The position numbers and the translations under genes were made by a program. The notes under the pieces are model-generated. The model did no database searches and had not been told where the DNA came from. It was given only the letters and a program-made list of their open reading frames with translations. 64,000 nt of DNA from Hydrolagus colliei. Taxonomy: Eukaryota. The DNA lies in assembly GCA_035084275.1 (NCBI GenBank), contig CM068750.1, forward strand, positions 5,456,001 through 5,520,000, given 5' to 3'. Below are positions 12,132 through 25,574 of the stretch, in pieces; the stretch's first letter is position 1; each line of letters starts with the position of its first letter.

Positions 12132-15100
12132 TATTAAGCAGAAATGACTATTAGATGACTTCACTTGTTTTCACTGTAGCGTAGCAGACCTTGGACCATG
12201 ATCTAGACCCTCAATATCTGAACTGCTACCAATAGTAGAGTGATATGAACGTGGGATTCCCAATCTCTCTTGTCAAGGATTCTGGTAAACTGGTTTTAAT
12301 GTTATAAATGAGTCAGTCTATTGGATGATGAAGAACTTTCAAGGGATAATTTTTTAATCGATTTGCATTGCTGGCAATAGTGTGAGGAGTCATGGTCCTT
12401 CTCAGGGTGGTCTCAGTAGCCAGCCTCCAACACATATCAATTCACCATTTTTAATTTTAATTTTTCCTTGTGTGTACTTTTGCTGCTTAAAACCCAGTAT
12501 TTTCTTGACAATAAAAAAACTTGCACACAGCCTAGATGTAGCTGAAAGCAGAACTACACAGGTTTAAAACTAAATAAGATTGAAATGAGATGAGAGATTA
12601 GAAGATGTTATTTTTTCCCCACAGAATAAATAATACCTGGAATAAATACCTGGCTGGTTGGAACAGGGTTGAAAATTGTGGGAATAAACAGGTGTGCTAT
12701 GTATAAGGTGACATGACATGTGTGGAAATATCATTGTGTGTTTGAAATTCGCATGGAACTCCACTGAAGCCCGCAATGAACCGGGCCTTCAGCTACATAG
12801 TGATGGTGAGTGATGGTAAATAGACTGAGACCAAGGATGCCTGACGTTCTATTGCAGCTCTTAACCTCTGCCACCGTTATTTAACTATGAATACTTGGTA
12901 AGCACTGTGACCGTATTGAGAAAAACTTTGGTCAAGCATAAGCTACTTGCGCATCTATAGTAATGAGATGGAGTCATGGGTTGGAGCATTTGCAAAGTAA
13001 AGAGAGCCGCTACACTGAACTCAGCGTCTCCTCTGAGGGCTGCTTCCGGTCTTAACTATCGCCCTCGTGGCCTGATCCCAGCATGAACTAGCATTTTGAG
13101 GGGTCGTGCTCCTCAACAGTTAAATCTTTCTGCACTGCCAGCCTTTCCTGCCACGCTGCCGTTCCTTGTTTCACTGAGCAAGCTGTAAGCATGGCGTGAC
13201 TTGTTCTCGTCTTCACAAGTCTACGGGAGATGGCACCCTGCAGTTAACAGCTCCAAATTCTTACCCTTTCAGAATATGTTGGTGTAACTTTATGGGGGAT
13301 ATACGGATCTTTGGTGGCTAGAGCCATGGTGCCATAGTGCAATTTCAAGAGCTTGTAAAGTAGATTAGCGGGACTTTTAAGTGAGAATTGCATTGTGAAT
13401 TTTGTTAGCAGGAATCTACTAGCAACTGTGTGCATTTCCTGTAAATTTACACCTATTTGCAGGCCAGTTGCTAATGTCCGCAGAAGTGGAAAATGTAAAG
13501 TGAGTTTACTTCACAGCAGGCAGGCGGTGGGAAGAACTCGATCCGTGAAATGTGGGCTAGGATTGAGCAAAGCACTTTAGAAATTTCATTACAAGGAGGC
13601 ATACAACTCTGTTTTACACAACATCATGAGGTTCAGCATCAAAGTAGTTCGACCTTGAAAACAGTGAACAAACCTGCGCTTCACAGTAGGAACTTATCTC
13701 TAATCGTGGATTATTCAGTAAACTTCCACTGGCTTCAATTCTAAACAGAACGTAATGATGTTTTGACTGAAATGTAAGAACATTATCTCAGTTAATATGA
13801 ACGGCTAAATTAACACCATCTATACAGTCCGATCTAACGTACAATATTTAAAAATGTGGACAGAAAACTTGGTGAATAATTTAACATAAACTATTCTGTA
13901 AGCACTCGTGTGAAGCCCTGGTATTTTTATTATATGATGTGCATTGTTGGGCACTGTAGAAAACAAAGTACTGTACATACTTTACTAAAGGTAAGTAGTT
14001 GACTCTGTACTCTAGTATAACGTTCATTTTGCGACCTTGTTACTTTGCTTCATATATATAAATATACAATTTGCTCCATGTTGGAATATACAGTACTCGT
14101 TGTGGAGTTGATTTGCGGCTTGAGTGAATTAATATTTTGTGAGCAACGTCACCTTGCCGAAGCAAATTTTGGTCAAGGGCATGCTGCTTATTCTCCTATT
14201 GTTATGGTTTATCCTTGTTTACTATATCTTGCTTTGAATATGATGCCTCGTGGATGGTATAAAACCTTCTCTCAGCTGTCCCAGTGATCCCTCTGTGGAT
14301 CATAATTGTCATGGGGGCACAAGATGAGAGCCTTAGGTTGGTCTGCTTCCATGTGAGGCATTAGTTTCGGTGGCAGCTTTACAACAGAGAAGGAATTAAT
14401 CTCCTTCTAAACCATACACCAGTCTACACAGGGGGCTGACTCGAGTGTTTTTGCACTGATATGCTGCAATATCTCTGTGCTATGGAAAAAGTAATGACAG
14501 CACAGAGCTTTGGGACCCTGAAAGCTGAACATCCATGAAACAAGTTTAAAGGGATTGCTATTGCTAAAAAGAAAAAGATAAATTAACTAATGGCAAAGAA
14601 TAGGCAGTTGCTTTCGAATCATCTCCTCAGTTGTGAGCGTCTTCACATCTCAGAAGGTAGCTATGAACTAAGGGAGTGTGACTGATGGGCAGCAGATTTG
14701 CAGGCACTGCCACAACAGTCTTGTCTGGCTCCGAGACATTTAAAATTTGGTCACTCAGTCCTGGCACTTAAGGAAACCCAAGTGCATTCTCAAAACAAGC
14801 TCTTTGTTAATGGACTTGGCTGATTATTCATTGCCAAGGGCAGGGGTTAGACTATTAGCCGTTTATCTGTACCCATTAAGTTGTTATAGGTGTAGCATTG
14901 ACTTATTTTTTCCTATGATGGGATTTTGCAAAACAAACAAAAACACTTTTTGGAAAACTATTAAGTCGTTTTAGTAATATTTTAGCAATAAAGCAGATTG
15001 CTAAAAAAAAAGACCATCTCCAGCGCATTAAAACATCAATAGGCCGTTAGACTTTTTGATGTATTGCTAATTATGAGGGTAAGTAGATGGATATTTTATC

Positions 15101-15314
15101 AGGTACACTATCAAGCCTGCAGTTTATTTTTGATAATTATTTTCATCCTGTTTTTTGTACGTGTGGAAAAGCATATGATTTGTTAATCAATTATGTTGTG
15201 TGAGTAAAACCTAGTGTTTCGAGAAGATTTTAATGCTGTTCCGGAGTTAGTAAGGGTGAATTGCAATTAGTTTTAGAAGGCTAATGATTGTCTTGTCTCT
15301 CTTATTTTCTTCAG

Positions 15315-15827
15315 GACCCGGGATTTTCAGCTTTCATTTTTGACAAGCTTCAAGTGCCTGACTCTTCAAAGAGCAGTCGAAATGAAAGTGAGAGCAGATG
15401 TGAGGTTTGTGCCACACACCTCAATCAGCTGAAGAAGGAAGCAATTCAGATGGTCCATACACTCAGTCAAGCCTCCACTCAGGACCAGTCTGACTCATTG
15501 TCTGACCTTGCGGTGGGCAGTGCTTCACCAAAACGTGACATCCAAAATATGGTCACCCTTTCGTCACAGAGGGACTGGCCCCTGATTGCAGGACAAGCAA
15601 GCAGACAGCCTGGAAAATCAGGAAATATAATCTCTGGTACGGAGCGAAGGAAGGGAGTTGGTTGGCCTCAGGGTACAGGCAACCTTTCGAAATCCAGCAT
15701 TCAAGTAACTGTGGGTCCCAGTGGCCTAAGCAGTGCTCTGAGCTCAGTCACCATTCAGGCACAGCAGTACCTTGAGGGCATGTGGAATATTTCTAGAGTC
15801 AACAACTTTCTTCCGAATGCTTATCTG
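15315..15827 (+). CDS. KIF26A: KIF26A exon (DPGFSAFIFDKLQVP...NFLPNAYL), phase 0/0
   Basis: Acceptor ttttcttcag|GAC, donor CTG|gtgagt; 171 codons; contains RCEVCATHLNQLKKEAIQM, typical of the KIF26 N-terminus. Confidence 0.93.
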
Positions 15828-16179
15828 GTGAGTTCTGATTAACTTGCAGTAAAGTAAACAATGACCGAAGACTCGCAACCCACGGTATCGTTTTGAGCAT
15901 TTAACATTTTCGTCGCCTTTTTGTGTCTTGCGATTTTTTCAGTTTGTTCATGTATTATAATGATATGAAAACAGATAACTGTTGCACATGTCTTTCACCC
16001 CGTTTCAGAAAGCCACAGTGTATAGTTAAAACTTTTGCTGTTGCAATCGTTGGGCTTGTGTTTTGAAGTGTAAATGTAATCATAATTTTAACGTGGTTTA
16101 TGACTAGTGTAATCTTAGTCAATTTATTTTCTCCAATATTCGATTCCTTGTCCGTCATTGCTCTAAACGTGGTAATTCA

Positions 16180-16530
16180 CGCTGGGAATATAATTTCATG
16201 GTCTTGAGCAACATCCTGGCAGCTCCCTCGAGTGCCTTGGACAGTCAGTGTGTTATAGTATCTGACCGTGGGTGGTTTCACAGCTGAGCTAAATCCTATC
16301 TTCCTTTTCTCCTGTTGTGCTCCCACACAAATTCTTGATTCAGCGAGCAGTGTTTGGAAATCAGAAGGGAAACTCCAGCCAGGCTATCCCTGCGCTAACG
16401 CAAGATGCTAACACTCTGAAAATCTCACTGAATAAAAATAGCCCAGCTCATTTGGCACCAGTCAGGAATTGGACCTGGAACTTTTCCTGTTGTGCATGGT
16501 TGAAAGGCACCTTGAGGTGCATTGACCTAC
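16180..16530 (-). mobile_element. Ancient SINE relic (family 2, AmnSINE2-like), near full length
   Basis: Core tcacagctgagctaaatcctatc is shared with 28778, 43210 (reverse complement) and 54222; tRNA-like head remnant near 16460-16530. The family name is from a recalled consensus. Confidence 0.5.
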
Positions 16531-19500
16531 AGATGGATGGGTCGAAGTTCAAACAGTATCTGTGTACTCATTTTTTAGTTGACCGCACACATAATACAAT
16601 GCATTAGAGGCACATAAAACCACCCAACCTTGCACCCATACACAAAGCAGCTACAGTATGTGTATACTACAGTATGCCAGTGTTCAATGAATCAAAACGG
16701 GAAGAAAACACACCCAATTAGAAAGAAGAGATCAAAAGATAATCGAGAGAGTGCATAGCCCGGTTCATGGGGGAAGAGAGGAGGACAAATATGCGGCGTA
16801 AGATTGCTGGTTGAGGGTATTTGTTGATCAGTTACCTCCTGTGGGTAAGGTGTGGCTTGGTCAATTCTTGCATTAGGAAAATGAAAGTCAAGTCAGCAGG
16901 TGTATAATCGACTTATCTGTGGGGTGGAGGAGGAGGAGAGAGAAAGGCAGAGGCTTTATAATGGGTCCCATTGAAAGCTGAGCACATATCATATTCTCCA
17001 GCACTATTGCATCCCAGTGGACATGAAACACTGATAAGGGGGGGGGGGACTTCTGCTGTTAGGAGTGGCATACATGTTGTGGCAGTAAACATCATGAATT
17101 GGGCAGATTAGCGCGCACTGGCACTGTAGCGTTGCTTACTTTGAACAAAGGAATTGTTTTACGCCTTAAATGGATTATATATCTTAAGATTCTCTTTTAA
17201 AAACCGTATACAGAATGGAATGATATGCTGCACTGCTCTGTGCTGAAGCATAAAATTCTGTGATTTAAATTGTACATCACGAACAGTAACACAGAGGGTG
17301 ATCTCTCCAATGTGTCATATCCGTGCAGGTGGATTAATGGAATTGCTCGAGTTACACTGGATACTTTCACACTACCCTCATGTGGGCAAACATTTGTTTT
17401 GCCATATTATTTTACCATATCTGTGCAATATTAATGTGAGGATGATACCACACAGTAGATGTTTTATGGTATGCAGAGGAGTTACAGTGAGTGGAAGGGA
17501 GAGTGGATAAATATGATGCTTCGGGTTTTGCCATCTTATATGGATTTGTATTTGAATTGGGAGTCAGTGTGTAACCATGATTTACACTCGTTTGCAACCA
17601 ATTTGAAGTGCATCAGTCAGACCAAAAGTACTTTATTTCAGAGACATGTCCAGCGTTGAAATATAGTCTAACCATTGGTACAAAGTTATCATAGATAATA
17701 TTTGCATGAGATTTGAAGGAACGTGTCAGTCTAAAAAACAGTTGGGAGTGCATGAAGTGATATTAAAACAAATAAAAGTGAAACATGCATAAGCCAGGTA
17801 GCATCTGTAAGGGTCCAATGCAATTCACGCTGTTATTAGTAGACTGCGCTGAATTATTATTGCAATAAAGAAAGTTTGAATTACTGCAGTCCCCTACTGT
17901 CACATGGGAAGCGGCATATGTTAGTTTCTAATTGCTTTTTCCTGCATGTAAATTTTGATGAGGGTTTTGTTGCATTTCGAAGATCAGTCGCATCCATCTA
18001 CTTAGATTTATAATTATTAAAGTTCTCATAGATAAGATTAATAAAAGCTAAAGTAGACCTGTCTTGGCTACACTTTTCTGGATTATTAGCTGTCAATAAG
18101 CTAATTTGTAGAGCAAGAGATCAACTAATTTAGACCATAGACCAATGATCAAAACTGGAGCCTTTCCAGTCTCCACAACTCTGTTCTTCTGTAGACAGTG
18201 ACTCTACCAACTTAGTCATGACATAATTTTACTATAGTTTTATAGTTGCTTTGAATAAAGAGAATTTAAAAGTATTGCCATCAGAACAAAACTGTAAATG
18301 GTTCACTATGTAGCTGGTCACCTTTAACTTGGTTGGATTGTGGACCTTGGCTTTTCCTTACCTAAAATTCACAAATCTTGACAATGCCCCATCCAACCCA
18401 TGTGTAATATCATTTGAAATCCCATTGCTCTGCTTCAAACCAGCTCAGTGCAACAATTAGATCTGAGGAGCGATGACAGGTTATGGAGCACAACAGCCCA
18501 ATTTCAATGGGGAGATGCCCAGTAGACATGAAAAGTGTTATATCGAATGCAAGGATAATTATTTTTAAATATGAATGGGGTAGAGTATCATGCTAAAATA
18601 ATATTGTGAATAGTAGGTATTGTGATAACTTGTGTTATCACAGCTGCTTCTGAGGCACTGGCACTTTGGGCATTAAATACATGGTATAACGACTGCACAG
18701 ACATTTAAAATGTAACAGGTTATTTTAAATATTTAACACAACACATAAGGTTTGCTATACGTTAAGATTCAGTGAGGCAAGTTAACTTGGCAACAGGAAC
18801 ATTATCGCAGCGGCTTTGTATTTGGCTTGATCTCTTTTCTTCCTGGAAATTTTCATAAAATTCAATTCAGTGGAAATTGAATCTGCGTTTGTGTAATAAG
18901 GTTTCTGTTTTAAGGTACTTACCGGTTGACGGAATCATTGCTTTAAATGATTTCTGGTCCTTGAACTCATCTGGATGGCTTCAGTACAATATTACATTTG
19001 TGTGGCATCATTTTGTTTTATTTTTCTTGTTTTCTATTGATTTAAATCCAGCACTGCTTCCAGTAATTGATATTTAATTTGTATTTAGTGGTCTGAGTCA
19101 ATGCGAGAGTACTGGTGGTGTAAAGCACAATTTGATTTTGACATGAGGTAATGCAAGTCGAGGTAATAATGATTACAGTATATTATATTAGGTAATCGGA
19201 ACTCGTAAAAACAAATAGCCAACTGAGTGCCAAAGAATCGTACGTGTATGATAACATATTTTTGCTCTACATATAGCAAATTATACTGAGAACAATAGTT
19301 CATCACACCCGAATGCAACATTTAGTAGAGCTTCCAGCAGTGTAAATCTGAATTGGCCACATCAGAATGTACCACGCAGTTTCAATCATGTTTATTCCCC
19401 CCAGTTACTATCCCAAAACGTCCCGTTGCTATGGTTTCATCAGTGTATGTTTAACATTCAGTGCTCTATAGTTAGAGGAGATATTTGTGGAAAACTGTAT

Positions 19501-19924
19501 TTCCACAGCTAAATGAACTAATAAGTGCACACGAATGATCCACAATAACAGATTCCTAACTGGTGAGGAGAAAGACTGAATTTAGGGACTTGACAGTTTT
19601 AACACTTCTTTGACTGTTTTGTGTGCAGCAAACACTGGCTTGACAATACCCTGATATGCACCTTAAGTTGTGTTACTGGAATTACATGAGGTGTTTAATA
19701 AAACCATGTTAATATGCTGATACGCTAACATTCGCCCACAACATACAGTCACTCCACTTCACAGAATATCCTGTGAAACACTTTGAGATGACCTACTGAC
19801 GTGATCTGTGCTGGATCAAATAAAATACATGTAGAGATTATAATCAGGGTTTACTGGAAACGAATATCCTTGTTTAAATAGCAGCTTAGTTTAGTTTTAA
19901 ACTATATAATAGTTTAGTCCTGTA

Positions 19925-20235
19925 GGAGTCCTGTAGCTCAGTGGTTAGAGCACTTGCCACACAAGCGAAAGACTGGGTTCGATTCCCTGCAAGACAAAAC
20001 CTTGGGCAACTTTTGTTACTCCACACGCCTGGTAATAATTCCTCAAAAAAACAAAACATTAATAATTTGGCCACTCAATCCATGATTGTTTATGGGACAC
20101 AACAGTGTGCAATTGGTGGCTGCGTTTCACCCATAAAATATACAGTCAATTCAGTTTACAGTACATTCTGTGAAGTGCTTTGAGATGTCTAGAAGAAGTG
20201 AAAAGTGCGAAAGCAAATGTAGGGATTATTATTGT
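19925..20235 (+). mobile_element. Full-length SINE (family 1)
   Basis: GGAGTCCTGTAGCTCAGTGGTTAGAGC...GGGTTCGATTCCC, body and tail. Confidence 0.9.
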
Positions 20236-20499
20236 TAGTTGTGATAATAATTGTACAGAGGACTTCTGAAGAGCCTACTAGCAATTCTAATGCAATATTC
20301 TGTACAACCAATGGCTTTTAATTGTTGTTGCAATTCATCACAAAGCTAAAATCCATCCTTCAATAATCTAATATTATAAAGCAGTGGCCTTATAATTGTA
20401 ATTTTATTACTACTGCATATAAAAGGCAATTTGGATGCAACCTCTAATCATTGGTTGTAGTCTCAGTTGTGATGGGTTGAGTGTCTGGAGTGTTATAAT

Positions 20500-20830
20500 G
20501 ATACCCTCAGCATTTCTCTATTACCTCTCTGGCACTGCTGGACATGATAAGTGATTCTTCTCAAAGCTTTCCATCTCCTGCACAATCTTTCCTGCCTAGC
20601 TCCTTGTTAATAATACCGCTGTGCTATGATTATTGCTTCTCTGAACTTTTGTTCTTCCCAAGCTTTGCATTCTTACTGCCTTGAGATGAAAAGTCATTAC
20701 GCTTGTCTCCTACTTTTAACTCATTCACTCCCAGAACCTCAAGACTTTGGAACTCTTTACTCCCTCCTCTCCCTCCCTCCTTCCCCTGTCTATTTTTGTG
20801 CAGCATTATCTTACCTTTACTTGTCGATTC
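20500..20830 (+). mobile_element. Decayed CR1-group (Crack/L2-like) LINE ORF2 C-terminal relic
   Basis: The start of ORF 20703 reads FNSFTPRTSRLWNSL, matching the SFxPRTxRLWNxLP motif at the end of CR1-group ORF2 proteins; boundaries are approximate. Confidence 0.45.
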
Positions 20831-23271
20831 GTGTTATCGTATACAAATCCAAAACATAAACATAGAATTGTTCACAGGTCCTTTGTCCGTGCCAAGTATT
20901 TGTTGCTTGAACATTGCTCCAATTTCTCTAGCGTTTTTGCTACCATTATTTAGAGCTTTGACTCCCTTCAAAGCTGTGCCAAGCTTCGGCACATGGGGAC
21001 GACATGATTGGGCTGTAAGTGGCACTGGGAGACATGGCATTAGCCAGCGAGAGCATTTTGCGGCACCAACAGGCTGGGTCAGGACTCACTGCAGGTACTT
21101 TCCTCCATCAGCCATGGCTAATTCGGAAAGCATTTGCCCGCTCATACATTATTAAACTTACAGTATCTTCGCATACAAATGACAGATAAGCAACAAGGCA
21201 GATTTATCTTTTGTCATGGATTTAATGCTGAGAAGACAGCTATAAAATGCAGGACCAAGCTCACTCAAGACTTTAAAGTTATATATACCTATTGTGACCA
21301 AACACCTGAACAAATCCCAAAAGTAGATTGTCACCAGCTTGTTAAATTCCTCACTTCTGTAGTGTGTGCTCTCCATCAATGCAGTCAGGTGGGGAAGAAT
21401 TATGGCTTATCATGTCCATGCCACTTAGTACACAGTAAAACACTTCCCCTTGCTTCCTTTGGCCTTTGGGTTAAATGCGGCAATAAAAAATTCATTGGTT
21501 CCTTAAGAAAACAGCAGTGAGTTGTCCATAACATTATTGCTTCTGGTGACTGCACCAAACGTGATTTTCTTTAAATTAACTACCTACGAAAATGGATAAC
21601 ATAACGTTGTTAATTGCATAGAATAAAAGACCGACAAAAATAATATTTTTACTGTTTAATATTTAAGTCAGGGTTCTTTGAGAGGGTGAGATTAAGATGT
21701 GAAAAGGATTTCACTTAACATTGATCTACCCTTGATGTTTCTTTTTGTAAAACAAAATACTTGCCGGAAACAGTTTTGAGAATTGGAGAAAAGGAAATCA
21801 AACATTCAGACAAAAGAAAATGACAGACTTTGTTTTAATGAAATACTTTCAGGTTATTTCAAAAGGCATGTTACTTGATTTCCCTCCCCCCCCCCCCCAC
21901 CCCACCACCGCTACTCCCTTTTCTTCATAGTCATGGAAAAGACTGTGTTCTTGTTGTAAGCAGTTCTTTTCAGGAGAAGCCTTATCTAGAAAGCCTGAGG
22001 CATTACACTGAACAGTAAATGGAAATCTGGTGCTCTAAATTGATGTATCTTTAGGCAAATTCAATGATGTTAGTCAAAGTTGGCTTAAGAACGAACAGAT
22101 GTGTAGTTTTACCTGTATTGCACGATGCTTTCTGCCCATCTGTGCTGCACACATAAGAAGCAACCAGACAATAGGGGAGGTTTTATGAAGGTCCATAAAT
22201 ATACTGACTTCCGAAGAATCAGCTCCATTATGTCCCCGTTTAGTGGCCTGGATTAGCACTGACAGTGGCCTGGAGGTTATGCACACCTGGCAGAGGCTAT
22301 GGGAATTCCTACTGTAGAGAGTTTTAAAAAAAGTTCAATTAGGTTGTATTTCAGGATTAGCAGATGATTCTAGACATCATTTCCTCAAAAATGTGGCACT
22401 TTTTAAAAATTTCTTGACTTTGATGGAGCGAAGGGCACTGATGTAAAATTTCACTTTATAAATGACTGCATTAGTAGTACAAAGACACACATGTATGTAA
22501 TATGACATTCTTTAAAAGAAGGAATGATTAACTGCTGTAGTATTTCTGGAAGTTTGAAGGGACCAGAGGGGATATGATCTGTAAAGGAGCTTCATTATCA
22601 AGAGGCTAAACTAAGAATAGTCACAGTAGTCCAGTAAAACTGACAAGATGGCATTAATTGGTAGATTGGGAAACATTTCTATGAATGAGCTACGGCTTTC
22701 AACAGGTCATGTGTATCTCTTGAGGGCACGGCAACCAACTGCTTAATCCCAAATGGTCAGCACTATAAAGCTATCCGCCTTAAGTATTGCTAGTCTATTT
22801 TTACATTTATTCCTGGATTAACCTTCAAAACCTTCAAACTAGAGCTAATATGTCAAACTTGTCCAAAACTTCACAAGCATGTGTTAATTGATTCAAGGAA
22901 GATTTAAATTATAATAGAAGTTTGAACCATTGAAGCTTTTATGCTAACTTGCATATGAAATATGATCAATTCATTTCCTTCAGTTGGTACTGTGGTTACT
23001 GGTATGCTTTTGGATATTTGAATAAAATTACACACTTTTTCAACCCCCATAACATTTTCTTTATGTTATGGTTGTCAGAAATGTTCATTAAAAATGATTT
23101 TGAAACTATCAATAGAACTAGGAATTCTTGCAGCATAAGCATCGTTGATTATTTTTTGTTATTGAGTTTGGAAATATTACTTCACCTTCCATATTTAGCC
23201 CGTTAAATGCATTAATTTACTTGAATAACATGATAATATTCTGTAATCAGAATGTATTGCTCACGAAACAT

Positions 23272-23365
23272 CAGTCAGTTGATTTTACAGTGTATTCTGT
23301 GAGGCGCTTTGAGACGTCTCATTAACATGATAAGGTGCAATATCAAATGCAAGAATTACTATTAA
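23272..23365 (+). mobile_element. 3' tail fragment of SINE (family 1)
   Basis: tattctgtgaggcgctttgagacgtctc...aaatgcaagaattactatt. Similar short tail scraps occur near 1600-1700, 4020-4050, 18520-18560, 19735-19820, 31790-31885, 36355-36420, 38140-38200 and 59305-59375. Confidence 0.72.
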
Positions 23366-24174
23366 TATTATGATCAATTTGCTGTGCTCGTGTTGAAGAG
23401 TATGGTCAATAAGACACTTAAAAAAACACTGTTAAAAGTGCCTGCCAATCTGTGTCTCAGTGCATGTTACTTTGCTTGACATTTCAAAAAGAGTTTTGTT
23501 ACACTGTGCTTGTAGCATTACATCAAATTTCTGTTTTAGTTCTGCCTATGGTATACAATTCTAAAAGATAGTAAGGCTGTCTCTTAACCTGGCTTGTATC
23601 CAAGCTTGTTCAGAGACACCAGTCCTGTGGGAATACAATTTTATTTTCCTTTTAATAATTTAGCATATTTTAAAAGGCAACCAATTCGCCAGCATTTAAT
23701 GAAACGATAACTTCTTCAAAAAAGAGCAAAGCAAAGTCTAATTACTTGCCAAAAAGACTGCTTAATTTTATTACATTTTTGTGAGGTAAAGTTCACATTG
23801 ATCGAAAAACTGGGGTGATCGTCAAGTGAGAAACCATGTATGGCAGATATTCATAACAATAGGCAACACTGCAATGGCATGATAAAATATGTGGCAATAA
23901 TAGAAGTCGTTTTATATTTCTCCATTACTTCATGGTTGTCAGGCTGGTTAACCGTGCATTACTCTGACCAAAGCCTCTTAGCTATACTCTTGCTTGTCTA
24001 GTGAATTCACATTTGTAACCTCCAGTACTGGACATTGTAGGGCATGCTTGTCCACCTTAATTAATTTTGGTTGAAATCGTGTTGTGAGGGAGCTAACTTA
24101 ACTCAGGATGATTTCAAGTAAAATGCTTCACGAGTCAGTCTGTCATCCGTGCTTTGCTGTTTTTTGTTTTCCAG

Positions 24175-24341
24175 ACGCAAACAATGACCGAGGGTGGAAA
24201 GGAAGGTTCATCTCAAGAACCTCTGACTCCGCAGAACAGCGTCAGTCAAGCGTGGGCAGCTAGTACACCGGCCGCTCAGAATTCATTACTACCTGGTGGG
24301 ATTCCTTCTGGTGCTTCTGCTGCAGCATCTTTTTTCATCAG
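24175..24341 (+). CDS. KIF26A: KIF26A exon (TQTMTEGGKEG...ASAAASFFIR), phase 0/2
   Basis: Acceptor tttgttttccag|ACG, donor ATCAG|gtatta; ends in the conserved AAASFFIR. Confidence 0.9.
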
Positions 24342-24669
24342 GTATTAATTGTATTGTTTTATTCCAATGTATAAGGAAAGCAGGAGAGCTGGTAATACCT
24401 CCTCGATCGATCACTCAAAATGTTCATCCCCAGGAAGAAAATAATTGTCTTGGGATGAAAGCGATCATGATCTGCGATACAATTGGATCGATCAACCCTA
24501 GGGAGTCGATCTTAGTAGCATAATTATTTTAAAAGTCGTTAGGGTGTTTTGTAATTGTAATTTTATGGTTATTTTCCTCTCTCTTTATGGCTGCAATTGG
24601 GAGAGAAGGAAAGCTGTATGGTACCCACTTTACAGTCATGTTGCTCTTGGATGTTGCTTTATGGTCATC

Positions 24670-25246
24670 ATGTTGCTCTCGGTCTCCCCAATTCCTCCCT
24701 CCATAGCCTGCAGGTAATCCAGAACTATGTGGTCCGTATCCTCTACTGCTCCAAGCTTCGTGACCACAATTCCTCCATCCTCGCCTGACTCCATTGGTTC
24801 CCCATCATCCAGAGGATTCAATTCAAGATTGAATTCAAGATCCTCCCGTTCAAAACCTTCCTTGGCCTCACTCCACCCTACCTCTGCGACCTTCTAACCC
24901 CCTTCTGACCTGTCTGCCCACTCCGCTCAGCAAGCTCCAGCTTGCTCCACATCCCCCGACCCACCGGCCCCAACATTGGTGGGCAAGCCTTCAGCCACTC
25001 TGCACCCAACCTCTGCAACTCCATTGCACAGTCCCTCCGCCTTAACCCCTCCCTGGCCTCCTTCAATTCTGCCTCAAGACCCTCCTCTTTGACGGTCTCA
25101 TTGGTCACACCAAATCCCTCCCTTTCCCACCGCCTGCCCCGTCCCCGACCCCAGCTCGGGTCTGAAACAATGACTATCCAGCATCTTGGTATGTCCTTCT
25201 GACGTGAAAGGCGCTATACAAGTGTACGTTTGTTGTTGTTTTTGTT
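24670..25246 (+). mobile_element. L2-clade LINE 3' fragment (decayed ORF2 C-terminus, 3' UTR and (GTT)n tail)
   Basis: Translation LGLPNSSLHSLQVIQNYVVRILYCSKLRDHNSSILA*LHWFPIIQRIQFKI and GGQAFSHSAPNLCNSI resembles the L2 ORF2 C-terminus (LQ.IQN.A.R, LHWLP, RIQFK, G.RAFS..AP.LWN). It has an in-frame stop and ends gacgtgaaaggcgctatacaagtgtacgtttgttgttg. Confidence 0.85.
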
Positions 25247-25574
25247 GGATCAGGTGCTAGGATATCTACCGTTTTATTCCCCCCCATCTCCACCTCTTGG
25301 TGAAATGTGCAGCTTACCATTTGCAGAATCATAAGGGGGGCACAGATCCTAAGGCTTCATGGCAAGACTTTCATGTGCACTGAAGTCCTGCATCCATTAC
25401 AAAACAAGTCATGGAAAACCTTATCCATTTCAGTCAAGCTGAAGAGCCACATCTATTATTGATGAATAGTTCAAATGTAGCCGTTGGAGAACGGAGGGCG
25501 GCAAGGACAGGGTAAGCTGTACTGTGGACTTCTGGAAGCTTTAAGCACATTCCTTTGTCTTTGCATTGCAACAA

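Noticed and set aside
19925-19995. tRNA-like sequence with A and B boxes (also at 6802, 30222, and on the minus strand at 3162 and 43734)
   Set aside because: These are SINE heads: no proper acceptor stem, the anticodon region varies between copies, and each continues into the SINE body and tail.
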